Source of the DNA: Mobula hypostoma
Taxonomy: Eukaryota
DNA: 64,000 nt
Assembly (NCBI RefSeq): GCF_963921235.1
Contig: NC_086108.1
Location: forward strand, 71,302,001-71,366,000
Direction: 5' to 3'
Translations under genes and position numbers: made by a program
Shown here: positions 24,963 to 35,497 of the stretch, piece by piece
Position numbering within the stretch: the first letter of the stretch is position 1
How the letters are laid out: the number at the start of each line of letters is the position of its first letter
The notes under the pieces: generated by a model
The model's input: the letters and a program-made list of their open reading frames with translations, nothing else
Told to the model about the DNA's origin: nothing
Databases searched by the model: none

Positions 24963-26093
24963 ATGAATTTATTTATGTTTAATTTGGTGAAATTTTATAA
25001 AATGATTATGAAATGGTGCAACTAAATTCATTTATGGTTTTAATCATTAAGGATACATATAGTAAGGAAATGTAGGCCTGTGTGCGGAAGAAATAAAGGG
25101 CAAACTATGTATATTATAAATAAAGAGGTTAGTGAAATATTGTAAGCCATATATACTATTTATTGTGATCATAAATTATATTCAAGCCTCCATTGGGGAT
25201 GATTTGGATGTTTTTGTCAGCACCATCAAACTATGTGTCACCACTGTCAGACAGGAAACCTGACGGTGTTGACAAAACACACTTTTCTACATGACATGTG
25301 TGAGTGGTATACAGGAGCCATCTTGTTTTCCCTCTGTTGCAGGCTGCCTCTGGCCTCTACTTAAAATGCATAAACTTATGTCATTATTTAAAATAATTCT
25401 TTCTATATAAAAGAGACAGTTGACACATCATGGTTGTGACAGTAGCAATATCAATAAATATGTAAAAATTATTGAGAAAATAGCAAACTTACAGGAGCTT
25501 GTTCGACCTTGCTGCATTTAGCAGATGTGGAGGGTGGAAAGGGGGTCCTCAGGAATATAGTTGACCATGTGATTGCCTGATTCTGTATCTGTCTGTATCT
25601 TGTTTTACGGCGGTTGGCATCCAGCTTAATGGTGCATTACCGCCACAGATTGCCTGATTTTATGTCTTTTTTTAATATAAATATCTGATGGTGTTGACAA
25701 AAACTTGGGACACATACTGAGCAACCACAAAGTAAGAGTAAATGTTGTTGAAACTTCACTGCTTTTAGTTTTAAAGAGGCTTTTCACTCTATTCTTTCAT
25801 CTGGCATATTATGTTATACATTTTAAATGACTTTTTCACACTTCTTTTTTATCAAATTGAAATGATAATCTCTTGTCTGAGGACAACTGGTTTTGTGGGT
25901 ACTCGACTATCATATAATCATATAATTTATAAAATTAAAAACAAACATATGAAAAAATGTTGCATTTGTGCAAAAGACCCTCAGATGATTAACCCTGATT
26001 ATTTTAAATTAGAAAATGTTATTCATTTTCAACGGAATTAGCACTTTTCTTAGTGGGACATGTTTTCGTCGAAGTCTCAAGAATCAGTGATTG

Positions 26094-26238
26094 ACTGTCC
26101 TGTTGTACGTACTGTTTATTGTAAATTACTATAAATTGCACATTGCACATTTCGATGGAGACATAACGTAAAGATTTTTAACTCCTCACGTATATGAAGG
26201 ATGTAAGAAATAAAGTCAATTAGGTTCAATTCAATTCA
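26094..26238 (+). mobile_element. Displaced 3' UTR and (TTCAA)n tail of the Rex1/Babar LINE at 17190-19443
   Basis: Matches 49753-49883 (GTCCTGTTGTAC...AAATTGCACATTGCACATT...AATAAAGTCAAT..TTCAATTCAA). Confidence 0.85.
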
Positions 26239-26239
26239 G

Positions 26240-27125
26240 TACAAACACTTATGACAGGATGCCATTCATTGACTATAGCTCAGCGTTTAACACCATCATT
26301 CCCACAGTCATGAATGATAAGCAATAGAATCTGGGTCTCTGTACCTCCCTCCGCAATTGGATCCTTGACATCCTAACCGGACGACTACAATCTATGCGGA
26401 TTGGTATTAATAACTCCTCCTCACTGATGATCAACACTGGTGCACCTCAGCGATGTGTGCTTATTCTACTATTCTACTCTCTCTATACCCATGACTTGTG
26501 GCTAGGCATAGCTCAAATACCCTCTATAAATTTGCTGATGATACAACCATTGTTGGCAGAATCTCAGGTGGGGACGAGAGGGTGTACAGAAGCAAGATAT
26601 ACCAGATGGTTGAGTGGTGTTGCAGCAGCAACAACCTTACACTCAACATCAGTAAGACCAAAGAGCTTCAGAAAGGGTAGGACATGGGATCACAAACCAA
26701 TCCTCATGGAGGAATCAGGAGTGGAGGGAGTGAACAACTTCAAGATCCTGGCTGTCAAGATTTCTGAGGATCTATCCAGGTCTGAACATATCGATACAGC
26801 TATAAAGAAGGCAAGACTGTGGCTATATTTCATTAGGAGTTTGAGGAGATTTGGTTTGTTATCTAAGACACAGATGTACAGATGAGCATTCTGACAGGCT
26901 GCATCACTGTCTGATATGGGCGGGAGTGGTGGGGAGCTACCACACAGGATTGAAGTAAGCTGCAGAGAGTTGAAAAATTAGCCAGCACCATCATAGCGTC
27001 TGTAGTATCCAGGACATCTTCAGGTAGTGGTGCCTCAGAAAGGAGGCGTCCATCATTAAGGACCTCTAACACCCAGGTCATGCCTTCTTCTTATTGTTAC
27101 CATCAGGAGGGAGGTATAGAAACCA
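26240..27125 (+). mobile_element. Rex1/Babar-type RT fragment
   Basis: [49 protein letters not shown]. Confidence 0.85.
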
Positions 27126-27361
27126 TTGCACAGGCAGGGAGTGGTAAACGCACAGCCATTCAGAACCAAACTATTTTAATGAACTTATCAGGTTGTCCAA
27201 TATAAGCAAAGCTATAAAGTACTTTGTGAAAGCTAAGGTAATTCTGGAAACTTGTATCAGCTCTGTTGTGAAAAAAGTAGAAACAAATGAATTCCTTAAG
27301 TGGTAAAAGACTCCCAAACCTTCCACCTCATAGGTATAACTCCACATACCATTCTGACAAG

Positions 27362-27550
27362 CCAGCTGATGGTGTAGTAGCATCCACACTGGACTTCGAG
27401 GCAAGTGGTCTCAGGTTTGAATCCAGCTGGCCCCTTGCACACTTTCCATCCATGCTGGGTTGAACAGTCTCATAAAAGACAGACAGATGCTAAAGAAATG
27501 GAATGCTTATCGCCTGATGTGCCACAGGGCGTGGAGAAGAACTACTACTG
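27362..27550 (+). mobile_element. tRNA-derived SINE
   Basis: A-box-like TGGTGTAGTAG, B-box-like GGTTTGAATCC, and an (ACT)n tail. Confidence 0.6.
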
Positions 27551-28644
27551 ACAGGACAGATCATAATTCAGGCAAAAAATGTGAGCAAGTAGTGTTTTTC
27601 AGAATCTATGTCTGAGACAAGAGAGCTAGGCGAGGATGGTTAGGACCCACCTGCTGGAATATCTGCGACTAGAATCTAGACATCATCTGAGACTGAAATG
27701 GGTACAGAGTTCTAAACTAGATGCTAAATGAGAATACTAGTTGAGCTGTCAATTGAGCACCAAGCCTCAAATCAGATGCTTCGTAAAATTTAAAATCCTG
27801 GCACCAAAACATGGCCACAAATTAGTGGGGTGGGCCTGAGTTATTAAAGGGGGCCGTGCCAGCTGTCCACATTCCAGAGTTAGAGTGTCCAAACCCTGAA
27901 GCTGGTGCATTCGGGTGCGTGTCATAACAATGTCATGTTGCCAGGCAGAAAGCAGTGAATTAGTCTTCAGTATGTTTTCATTTTAGTGCTTTAGTTACAT
28001 ATCCTAAGCAGACTTATCAGGGAGGCAGAGGGAGAGAAAAAAAATTATTGATTTTAAGGCCTGCTAAGTTTCTCTAGCATTTCGTCTATGTTGCCCAAGA
28101 TTTCCAGCATCTTGAGTGGGGCGGGGCCGGTATGGTGACTCTGTTTGAAATTGAAATTTTGTCAAAATTTGGACAAAAAGAAGCATCTGAACAATAGTCA
28201 CACATAGCCAGAGGCTTCCTATTGCACCATATCTCCTCGGTCATCATTGTTTATTCCAAGACCAAATACAACCTGCAGATGAGGGCATTACCAAGCAGAA
28301 GAGATATCATTTATCAATCTGCTCTGAGAGCAGTAGGAATTGGGAAGGAATGATGAGATAATGGCCTTCTCCTATGGGATTGGGATTCACCATCATTGGT
28401 TGAAGAGCTCAAGTATCAAGATTTCAATGGCCTAATTTTTAAATTGCAAAATGCAGGTCAGTGGTGTTCAGAAGGCTGCAGGTCAGTGGCATGGAAGTCA
28501 CTCTTCACAGAAGGACTGGGTCTGATTCTGACAGGAAGATGCTTCCAAAATTCTAAGATTGTTAGTTTTTGTGTGTGAAACAGGAGGTTGGGCAGTTGAT
28601 GCTATTGTAGCTGTTCTTTTCTGTGAGGGAGGGGTTTGAGGGTT

Positions 28645-29655
28645 TAGAAATATAGAAACATAGAAAATAGGTGCAGGAGTAGGCCATTCGGCCCTTCGAG
28701 CCTGCACCGCCATTTATTATGATCATGGCTGATCATCCAACTCAGAACCCTGCACCAGCCTTTCCTCCATACCCCCCGATCCCCGTAGCCACAAGGGCCA
28801 TATCTAACTCCCTCTTAAATATAGCCAATGAACTGGCCTTAACTGTTTCCTGTGGGAGAGAATTCCACAGATTCACCACTCTCTGTGTGAAGAAGTTTTT
28901 CCTAATCTCTGTCCTAAAAGGCTTCCCCCTTATCCTCAAACTGTGACCCCTCGTTCTGGACTTCCCCAACATCGGGAACAATCTTCCTGCATCCAGCCTG
29001 TCCAATCCCTTTAGGATTTTATACGTTTCAATAAGATCCCCCCTCAATCTTCTAAATTCCAACGAGTACAAGCCTAGTTCATCCAGTCTTTCTTCATATG
29101 GAAGTCCTGCCATCCCAGGAATCAATCTGGTGAACCTTCTTTGTACTCTCTCTATGGCAAGGATGTCTTTCCTCAGATTAGGGGACCAAAACTGCACACA
29201 ATACTCCAGTTGTGGTCTCACCAAGGCCTTGTACAACTGCAGTAGTACCTCCCTGCTCCTGTACTCGAATCCTCTCGCTATAAGTGCCAGCATACCATTC
29301 GTCTTTTTCACCGCCTGCTGTACCTGCATGCCCACTTTCAATGACTGGTGTATAATGACACCCAGGTCTCGTTGCACCTCCCCTTTTCCTAATCGGCCAC
29401 CATTCAGATAATAATCTGTTTTCCTATTTTTGCCACCAAAGTGGATAACTTCACATTTATCCACATTAAATTGCATCTGCCATGAATTTGCCCACTCACC
29501 CAACCTATCCAAGTCACCCTGCATCCTCTTAGCATCCTCCTCACAGCTAACACTGCTGCCCAGCTTCGTGTCATCTGCAAACTTGGAGATGCTGCATTTA
29601 ATTCCCTCATCCAAGTCATTAATATATATTGTAAACAACTGGGGTCCCAGCACTG
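28645..29655 (-). mobile_element. Young 5'-truncated CR1 LINE
   Basis: 303-aa open RT C-terminus nearly identical to 23016-24016. (ACATAGAA)n tail on the plus strand. Confidence 0.95.
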
Positions 29656-31299
29656 TTATTGTTATTGTTATTGTTACTGTTTTTTTGCGAGGGAGGGAGT
29701 TGGGGGCTTGGGGTTTGATGTTCTGGCCACTGTTACTGTTTTCCGTGCGGGCGATTTGTTAGATTTGTGCTAACGAGGGGGTGGGGGATTTAGGGTTTGC
29801 GAGTTTTGTTTCTTTTTCCTCCGTGCGGGGAAGGAGTTGATGTCTTTTCTGTTTTGTGTATTTCATGGCTACCCGGAGAAGACAAATATCAGAGTTGTAC
29901 TGTACATGCATACATTGACAATAAAACAAACCTTAGAACCTTTAAGTCTTTGAACCTTTGAAGATTAATAGAGCAAAGTATCCCCAGGCTCTTCACAGAA
30001 GTTGTATTAAAATCTATGTTGCTTAGTCCTTTGACTTAAAAGGGAGGTGTGTTATTACAGGATGAAAGAAAGCAGAAAGATTTAAGGAAGAGAGTACAAG
30101 TTCAGATCCTTTGTAGTTTAAGCCACAGTTACAAATAAAACTCAGAGATTCTCAAAAATTCAGTATTGTTGGAGTGAAGAGAATTTGGAGGATTATATGA
30201 AGGTATAGAATCTTAAAGGCAGGAAGAGAGAGGCTAATAAGGGCCTGTTGTAAAAAAAAATGGAATTTTTAGCATTAGATGATTTGAAACAAGAACAATC
30301 TTCTCAGTTAAATTACAGAAAAATTTTATACCATACCTATTTTGAATGGTAAATATAAAATATTTTTTGTTATTTTTAAAAGCAGGAGATTTTGAAGGAA
30401 GTCTGTAAAGGAATGATAAGTTGAGTGTTTAATATTGGATTTTTAAGGTCCAGAGAGCAGGGGCACACTGGTAATTGTGACATATTCAGTTACACTGATG
30501 GCACAAACATAACATTTTCAGGAATATTTTACAAGCAGGATTTCTAGATAACTGAAGAACCTGTTAGTTCTCTGATGTCAGATTACCCTGAAGTAGACAA
30601 GCAGAGCAACTGCTAGTTACTGACAACGTCTTCTTGTTTACTGTGCATATGTCATGTCCAGAAATTACATCCTGCTACAAAGGTAAGCTTTGGCAACAGA
30701 TTGTTATATCTCATTTCACATTTAGTTGGAGGAGTTTTAAGTGCAGGTATATCCATGGTGATATGATTTGGCAATGGTAGTGGAAAAAATGAATGAAACA
30801 AAGTGCTAATTCCTGCGTATATCTAGTAATTTGGCATGGTGGTGCATTTCTTGCAGGAAATCTGATTCTTGCAACAGCAGGCAACATTGACAATGCCATT
30901 ATCAGGCACCTGTAGGTTTGTAGAACTTTCAGACAGATCACCATCTGCTTGTGTTCAATTTTGACAGAGGAATCCCCAAAGGTCCCTGGCTGTAATCATA
31001 AAACTACTCACTTTTTATTAGAAGCTGGCAGCAGTAAGTACGTAGCCAGAACGTTGTAGAATAGAATTAGAAGGCCAAGTATTTCCTTGTCATGTCAAAT
31101 GTGTCTCTTACTTTCCATCAATCCAATCTCATCCTTCTTAATGCATTACAACGACATCATGTCCCCAGATCAGGAAGCTCTGAAAAAGCACTTCATTGTT
31201 TGGAAGTGTCTTAATAGTAATGTTTTACAAAAAGTTTTGTTCAAATAAGGCATTGTGATTATTTAGCCTTTAGGATTTTTCATTATTCAATTGAATTAG

Positions 31300-31615
31300 C
31301 TTATAGAGTCATAGAAACAGCCATAGAGCACAGAAACAGCCCCTTTGGCCATTTAGTCTGTGCTGAACCATTTAAACTGTCTACTCCCACCGACCTGCCC
31401 TCCATTCCCCTACCATCATGTACCTATCCAAACTTCCCTTAAACGTTGAAATCAAGCTTGCATGTACCACTTGCACTCACAGCTTGTTCCATACTCTCAT
31501 GACCCTCTGAGTGAAGAAGTTTCCCCTCATGTTCCCCTTAAACTTTTCACCTTTCACTCTTAACCCATGAGGTCCATTTGTAGTCCCACCCAACCTTAGT
31601 GGAAAAAGCCTGCTG
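31300..31615 (-). mobile_element. CR1 3' fragment
   Basis: GAGTGAAGAAGTTTCCCC (FFTQRV antisense) and CR1-type 3' UTR. Related copy at 47255-47570. Confidence 0.75.
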
Positions 31616-31941
31616 GACCCTTCCTGCTGAAGGGTTTCGGCCCAAAATGTTGACTGTATTCTTTTTCATAGATGCTGCCTGGTCTGCTGTGTTCCTCTAG
31701 CATTCTGTGTGTGTTGAACCGAAGTTTAATTTTCCTCTTAATGTCCATGTTGGGATTTCCTGCCTTCTGTCAGTCAGCCAGTCATGGCAGAGCTGTAAGT
31801 CTGAGATGACCTTAGCTACTAAGAAAGACACAGTTAATACTTCAGGTTAATAACCTTTGAGGGTGATGAAGAATCATGGACTTGAAATGCTAACACTGTT
31901 TGTCTCTGCAGAGGCTGACTTACTGAGCATCTCATTCACCT

Positions 31942-33607
31942 AACATAAAAAATGCTGATGAACGCAGCAGGCCAGGCAGCATCTATAGGAAGAGGTACAG
32001 TCGACATTTCAGGCCGAAACCCTTTGTCAGGACCAACCGAAAGAAGAGATAGTAAGAGATTTGAAAGGGGGGAAGGGAAGATCCGAAATGATAGGAGAAG
32101 ACAGGAGGGGGAGGGATGGGGTTAGGAGCTGAAAAGTTGATTGGCAAAAGGGATATGAGGCTGGAGAAGGGAGAGGATCATTGGGGCCGGAGGCCTAGGG
32201 AGAAAGAAAGGGGGAGGGGGGGAAAGCCCAGAGGTTGGGCAAGGAGTTATAGTGAGAGTCTACTGACGTCTACTATAAGCCTACGGACTCTCACAGCTAC
32301 CTGGACTATTCCTCTTCCCACCCTGTCTCTTGCAAAAATGCCATCCCCTTCTCGCAATTCCTCTGTCTCTGCCGCATCTGCTCTCAGGATGAGGCTTTTC
32401 ATTCTAGGATGAAGGAGATGTCCTCCTTTTTTAGAGAAAGTGGCTTCCCTTCCTCTACCATCAACTCTGCTCTCAAATGCATCTCCCCCATTTCACGCAC
32501 ATCGGCTCTCACCCCATCCTCCCACCAACCCACTAGGAATAGGGTTCCCCTTGTCCTCACCTACTACCCCACCAGCCTCCGGGTCCAACATATAATTCTC
32601 CGTAACTTCCACCACCTCCAACGGGATCCCATCACTAAGCACATCTTTCCCTCTTCTCCTCTCTCTGCTTTCCGCAGGGATTGCTCCCTACGCGACTCCC
32701 TTGTCCATTCATCACCCCCATCCCTTCCCACCGATCTCCCTCCTGGCACTTATCCTTGCAAGCAGAACAAGTGCTACACATGCCCTTACGCTTCCTCCCT
32801 CACCACCATTCAGGGCCCCATACAGTCCTTCCAGGTGAGGCGACACTTCAACTGTGAGCCGGCTGGGGTGATATACTGCGTCCAGTGCTCCCAATGCGGC
32901 CTTCTATATATTGGTGAGACCCGACGCAGGCTGGGAGACCATTTCGCTGAATACCTACGCTCTGTCCGCCAGAGAAAACAGGATCTCCCAGTGGCCACAC
33001 ATTTTAATTCCACGTTCCATTCCCATTCTGATATGTCTATCCACGGCCTCCTCTACTGTAAAGGTGAAGCCACATTCAGGTTGGAGGAACAACACCTTAT
33101 ATTCCGTCTGGGTAGCCTCCAACCTGATGGCATGAACATTGACTTCTCTGACTTCTGTTAATACCCCATTTCCCCTTCATACCCAATTCCTTATTTATTT
33201 ATTTATTTATTTATTTCCCCCCCCCCCCTTTTTTTCCCTCTCTTTTTTCTCCCTCTATCCCTCACACTATAACTCCTTGCCCATCCTCTGGGCTTTCCCC
33301 CCCTCCCCCTTTCTTTCTCTCTAGGCCTCCTGTCCCATGATCCTCTCGTATCCCCTTTTGCCAATCACCTGTCCAGCTCTTGGCTCCATCCCTCCCCCTT
33401 CTGTCTTCTCCTATCATTTCAGATCTCCCCCTTCCCCTCCCACTTTCAAATCTCTTACTATCTCTTCTTTCAGTTAATCCTGACGAAGGGTCTCGGCCCG
33501 AAACATCCACTGTACCCCTTCCTAGAGATGCTGCCTGGCCTGCTGTGTTCACCAGCACTTTTTATGTGTCTTGCTTGAATTTCCAGCATCTGTAGATTTC
33601 CTTGTGT
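31942..33607 (+). mobile_element. Penelope-like retroelement, 5'-truncated, with an inverted 5' pLTR/UTR copy
   Basis: 13-bp TSD ATCTCATTCACCT at 31929-31941 and 33608-33620. 31942-32257 is the reverse complement of ~33262-33570. The internal frame encodes an RT thumb and GIY-YIG endonuclease. Confidence 0.92.
32259..33161 (+). CDS. Penelope-like ORF C-terminus (RT thumb, Cys-rich linker, GIY-YIG endonuclease), partial
   Basis: STDVYYKPTDSHSYLDYSSSHP..KNAIPFSQFL, GTYPCKQNKCYTC, VIYCVQCSQCGLLYIGETRRRLGDHFAEY, VATHFN, LQPDGMN. Confidence 0.85.
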   Translation, partial: STDVYYKPTDSHSYLDYSSSHPVSCKNAIPFSQFLCLCRICSQDEAFHSRMKEMSSFFRESGFPSSTINSALKCISPISRTSALTPSSHQPTRNRVPLVLTYYPTSLRVQHIILRNFHHLQRDPITKHIFPSSPLSAFRRDCSLRDSLVHSSPPSLPTDLPPGTYPCKQNKCYTCPYASSLTTIQGPIQSFQVRRHFNCEPAGVIYCVQCSQCGLLYIGETRRRLGDHFAEYLRSVRQRKQDLPVATHFNSTFHSHSDMSIHGLLYCKGEATFRLEEQHLIFRLGSLQPDGMNIDFSDFC

Positions 33608-34554
33608 ATCTCATTCACCTCCAACCTTTATCTCAGATTTTCAACATCTGCAGTTTTTTTTTAGATTTCCAACTTGAATACTGTGTTAATTGCCTTGGTC
33701 CCAGGCACCCAATATTAATGCCACAACCTGCCACAGGTCGCTGTTTTTAACAGCCTTTGTTGGCAGGGTCTTAGTACTTGAGCCCTGTGATTTAAAATTA
33801 AGATTGGTGCTAAATAATTTGTGTTAATAAATTAGATAGTCATTTAGGATGCATCTCAGTATGATGCTTGTTTAATTTTCATATCATGATGTACTATATA
33901 CAATGTGGTACCCCATTTAGTGCGGGTAGCTATGTATAGCTTTGGTTATATTTTAATACCTTTGCTCTTATTGACGGAAGTGCATTGTTTTCAATTTACA
34001 TTTTAAGTAAGGCATTCAATGAACCCACTCACTCTCCAGTGATTAGAGCATTTTCTGTGCTTCTTGTTAATAAGATTATTAACCCTGGGACGTCATTACG
34101 GTCAGATGTTTGAAATGTTCATGCAAGTCTGGATGAATCTCCAGAAGGGTGATAAACAGAGTTGTATCAGCTTTGTGTTACAGAATCACAGAATGGATAT
34201 AGTACATTCAGCCTGTCGATTCTGTACCAGCTCCCTGCAAAGCCAACCCAGACAATCCTACTCACCTGACCTCTCTCCACATCTGTACATTCTTCCTTTC
34301 AGATATAGTTTCCAGCTGCCTTTTTTGAAAGCTACATATCTATAAACATAGGAAATATACTGCCTCTGCAGTCCTCCTTTCATTCTGCATATGTACACTA
34401 AACAATGGGCTGGAGGATTAAAGGATTCAAGGAAATGTATCTTATAATTCCCACGTTCAGATCTCTCCATGACCTTACCTATTTAACCTTTTCCAGACTG
34501 ATACCAACCACGCTTGGACACAAAACATGGGAACTCATTAAACTTCATTTGTTG

Positions 34555-34900
34555 CAACACACATAAAAGTTGCTGCTGAACACAGCAGGCCAGGCGGCAT
34601 CTCTAGGAAGAGGTACAGTCGATGTTTCAGGCCGAGACTCTTCGTCAGGACTAACTAAAAGAAGAGATAGTAAGAGATTTGAAAGTGGGAGGGGGAGGGG
34701 GAGATCCAAAATGATAGGAGAAGACAGGAAGGGGAGGGATGGAGCCAAGAGCTGGACAGTTGATTTGCAAAAGGGATATGAGAGGATAATGGGACAGGAG
34801 GCCTAGGGAGAAAGAAAGGGGGAGGGAGGAAGCCCAGAGGATGGGCAATAACGGATGGGGTATGAGGGGGAGGTGGGGCATTAACGGAAGTTATTGAAGT
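34555..34900 (-). mobile_element. Penelope pLTR/3' UTR fragment with a near-intact hammerhead core
   Basis: Minus strand reads TTAGTC-CTGACGA-AGAGTCTCGGCCT-GAAA-CATC-GACTG at ~34617-34654. Confidence 0.8.
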
Positions 34901-35313
34901 AATTTGTTCCTGCTTTTTAAAATCATTCCCGAAAACTTACCCATCCTTTAGTAATTTATAGTTTTTTATTATGTATGCAATGTACTGCTGCCACAAAACA
35001 AGAAATTTCATGACATTTGCCAGAAATATTAAACCTAATTCTGATTCTCATTCTATGCTCCTTTGTCTTGTGGTCTATTTCAGATATTTGTCCATCAGGA
35101 TGGTCTTATTATGCAAAAAGTGATACATGAATGTTAGTTGCTGATGTCTGGGCAAGAAAATGCTGATTAAAGCAACAATAAATAAATATTTCTGCCCTTA
35201 TTCCAATTGTATATGTCCATATTTTCACATTTCATAACCATCTTGCCATAGGAATCTCTTTGTCAACTCCTGCTATTGTGCTTTTTTAAAATTTAAATTG
35301 CTCATATTACAGT

Positions 35314-35497
35314 ATACACTCAGAGGCCAATTTATTAGGTACACCTGCTTGTTAATGCAGATATCTAATCAGCCAATCACGTGGCAGCAACTCAATACAT
35401 AAAAGCATGCAGACATGGTCAAGAGGTTCAGTTGTTGTTCAGACCAAATATCAGAATAGTGAAGTACGGTAAGTACCAAATAAAGTGGCCACTGATG
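35314..35497. mobile_element. Tc1-derived MITE
   Basis: TA-CACTCAGAGGCCAATTTATTAGGTAC ... GTACCAAATAAAGTGGCCACTGA. Same family as 55340-59698. Confidence 0.75.

Larger units (their letters stand above)
19444..26089 (-). mobile_element. 6.6-kb DNA transposon with CAC...GTG TIRs and 4-bp TSD (Sola2-like transposase)
   Basis: TIRs CACTGATTCTTGAGA (15/15, then imperfect to ~30 bp). TSD ATTG at 19440-19443 and 26090-26093. The host LINE 3' UTR rejoins on excision. Subterminal GTCAnCACnGTCAGA/TGTTGACAAAA repeats. Confidence 0.9.

Noticed and set aside
19444..26089. RAG/Transib (RSS-like) transposon because of CAC termini
   Set aside because: The terminus is CACTGAT rather than CACAGTG/CACTATG, the TSD is 4 bp rather than 5 bp, and no RAG1-core motifs are visible.
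27362..27435. tRNA gene
   Set aside because: A/B boxes are present but there is no convincing cloverleaf or poly-T terminator. It continues into a SINE body and tail. The same applies to 51180 and 54068.
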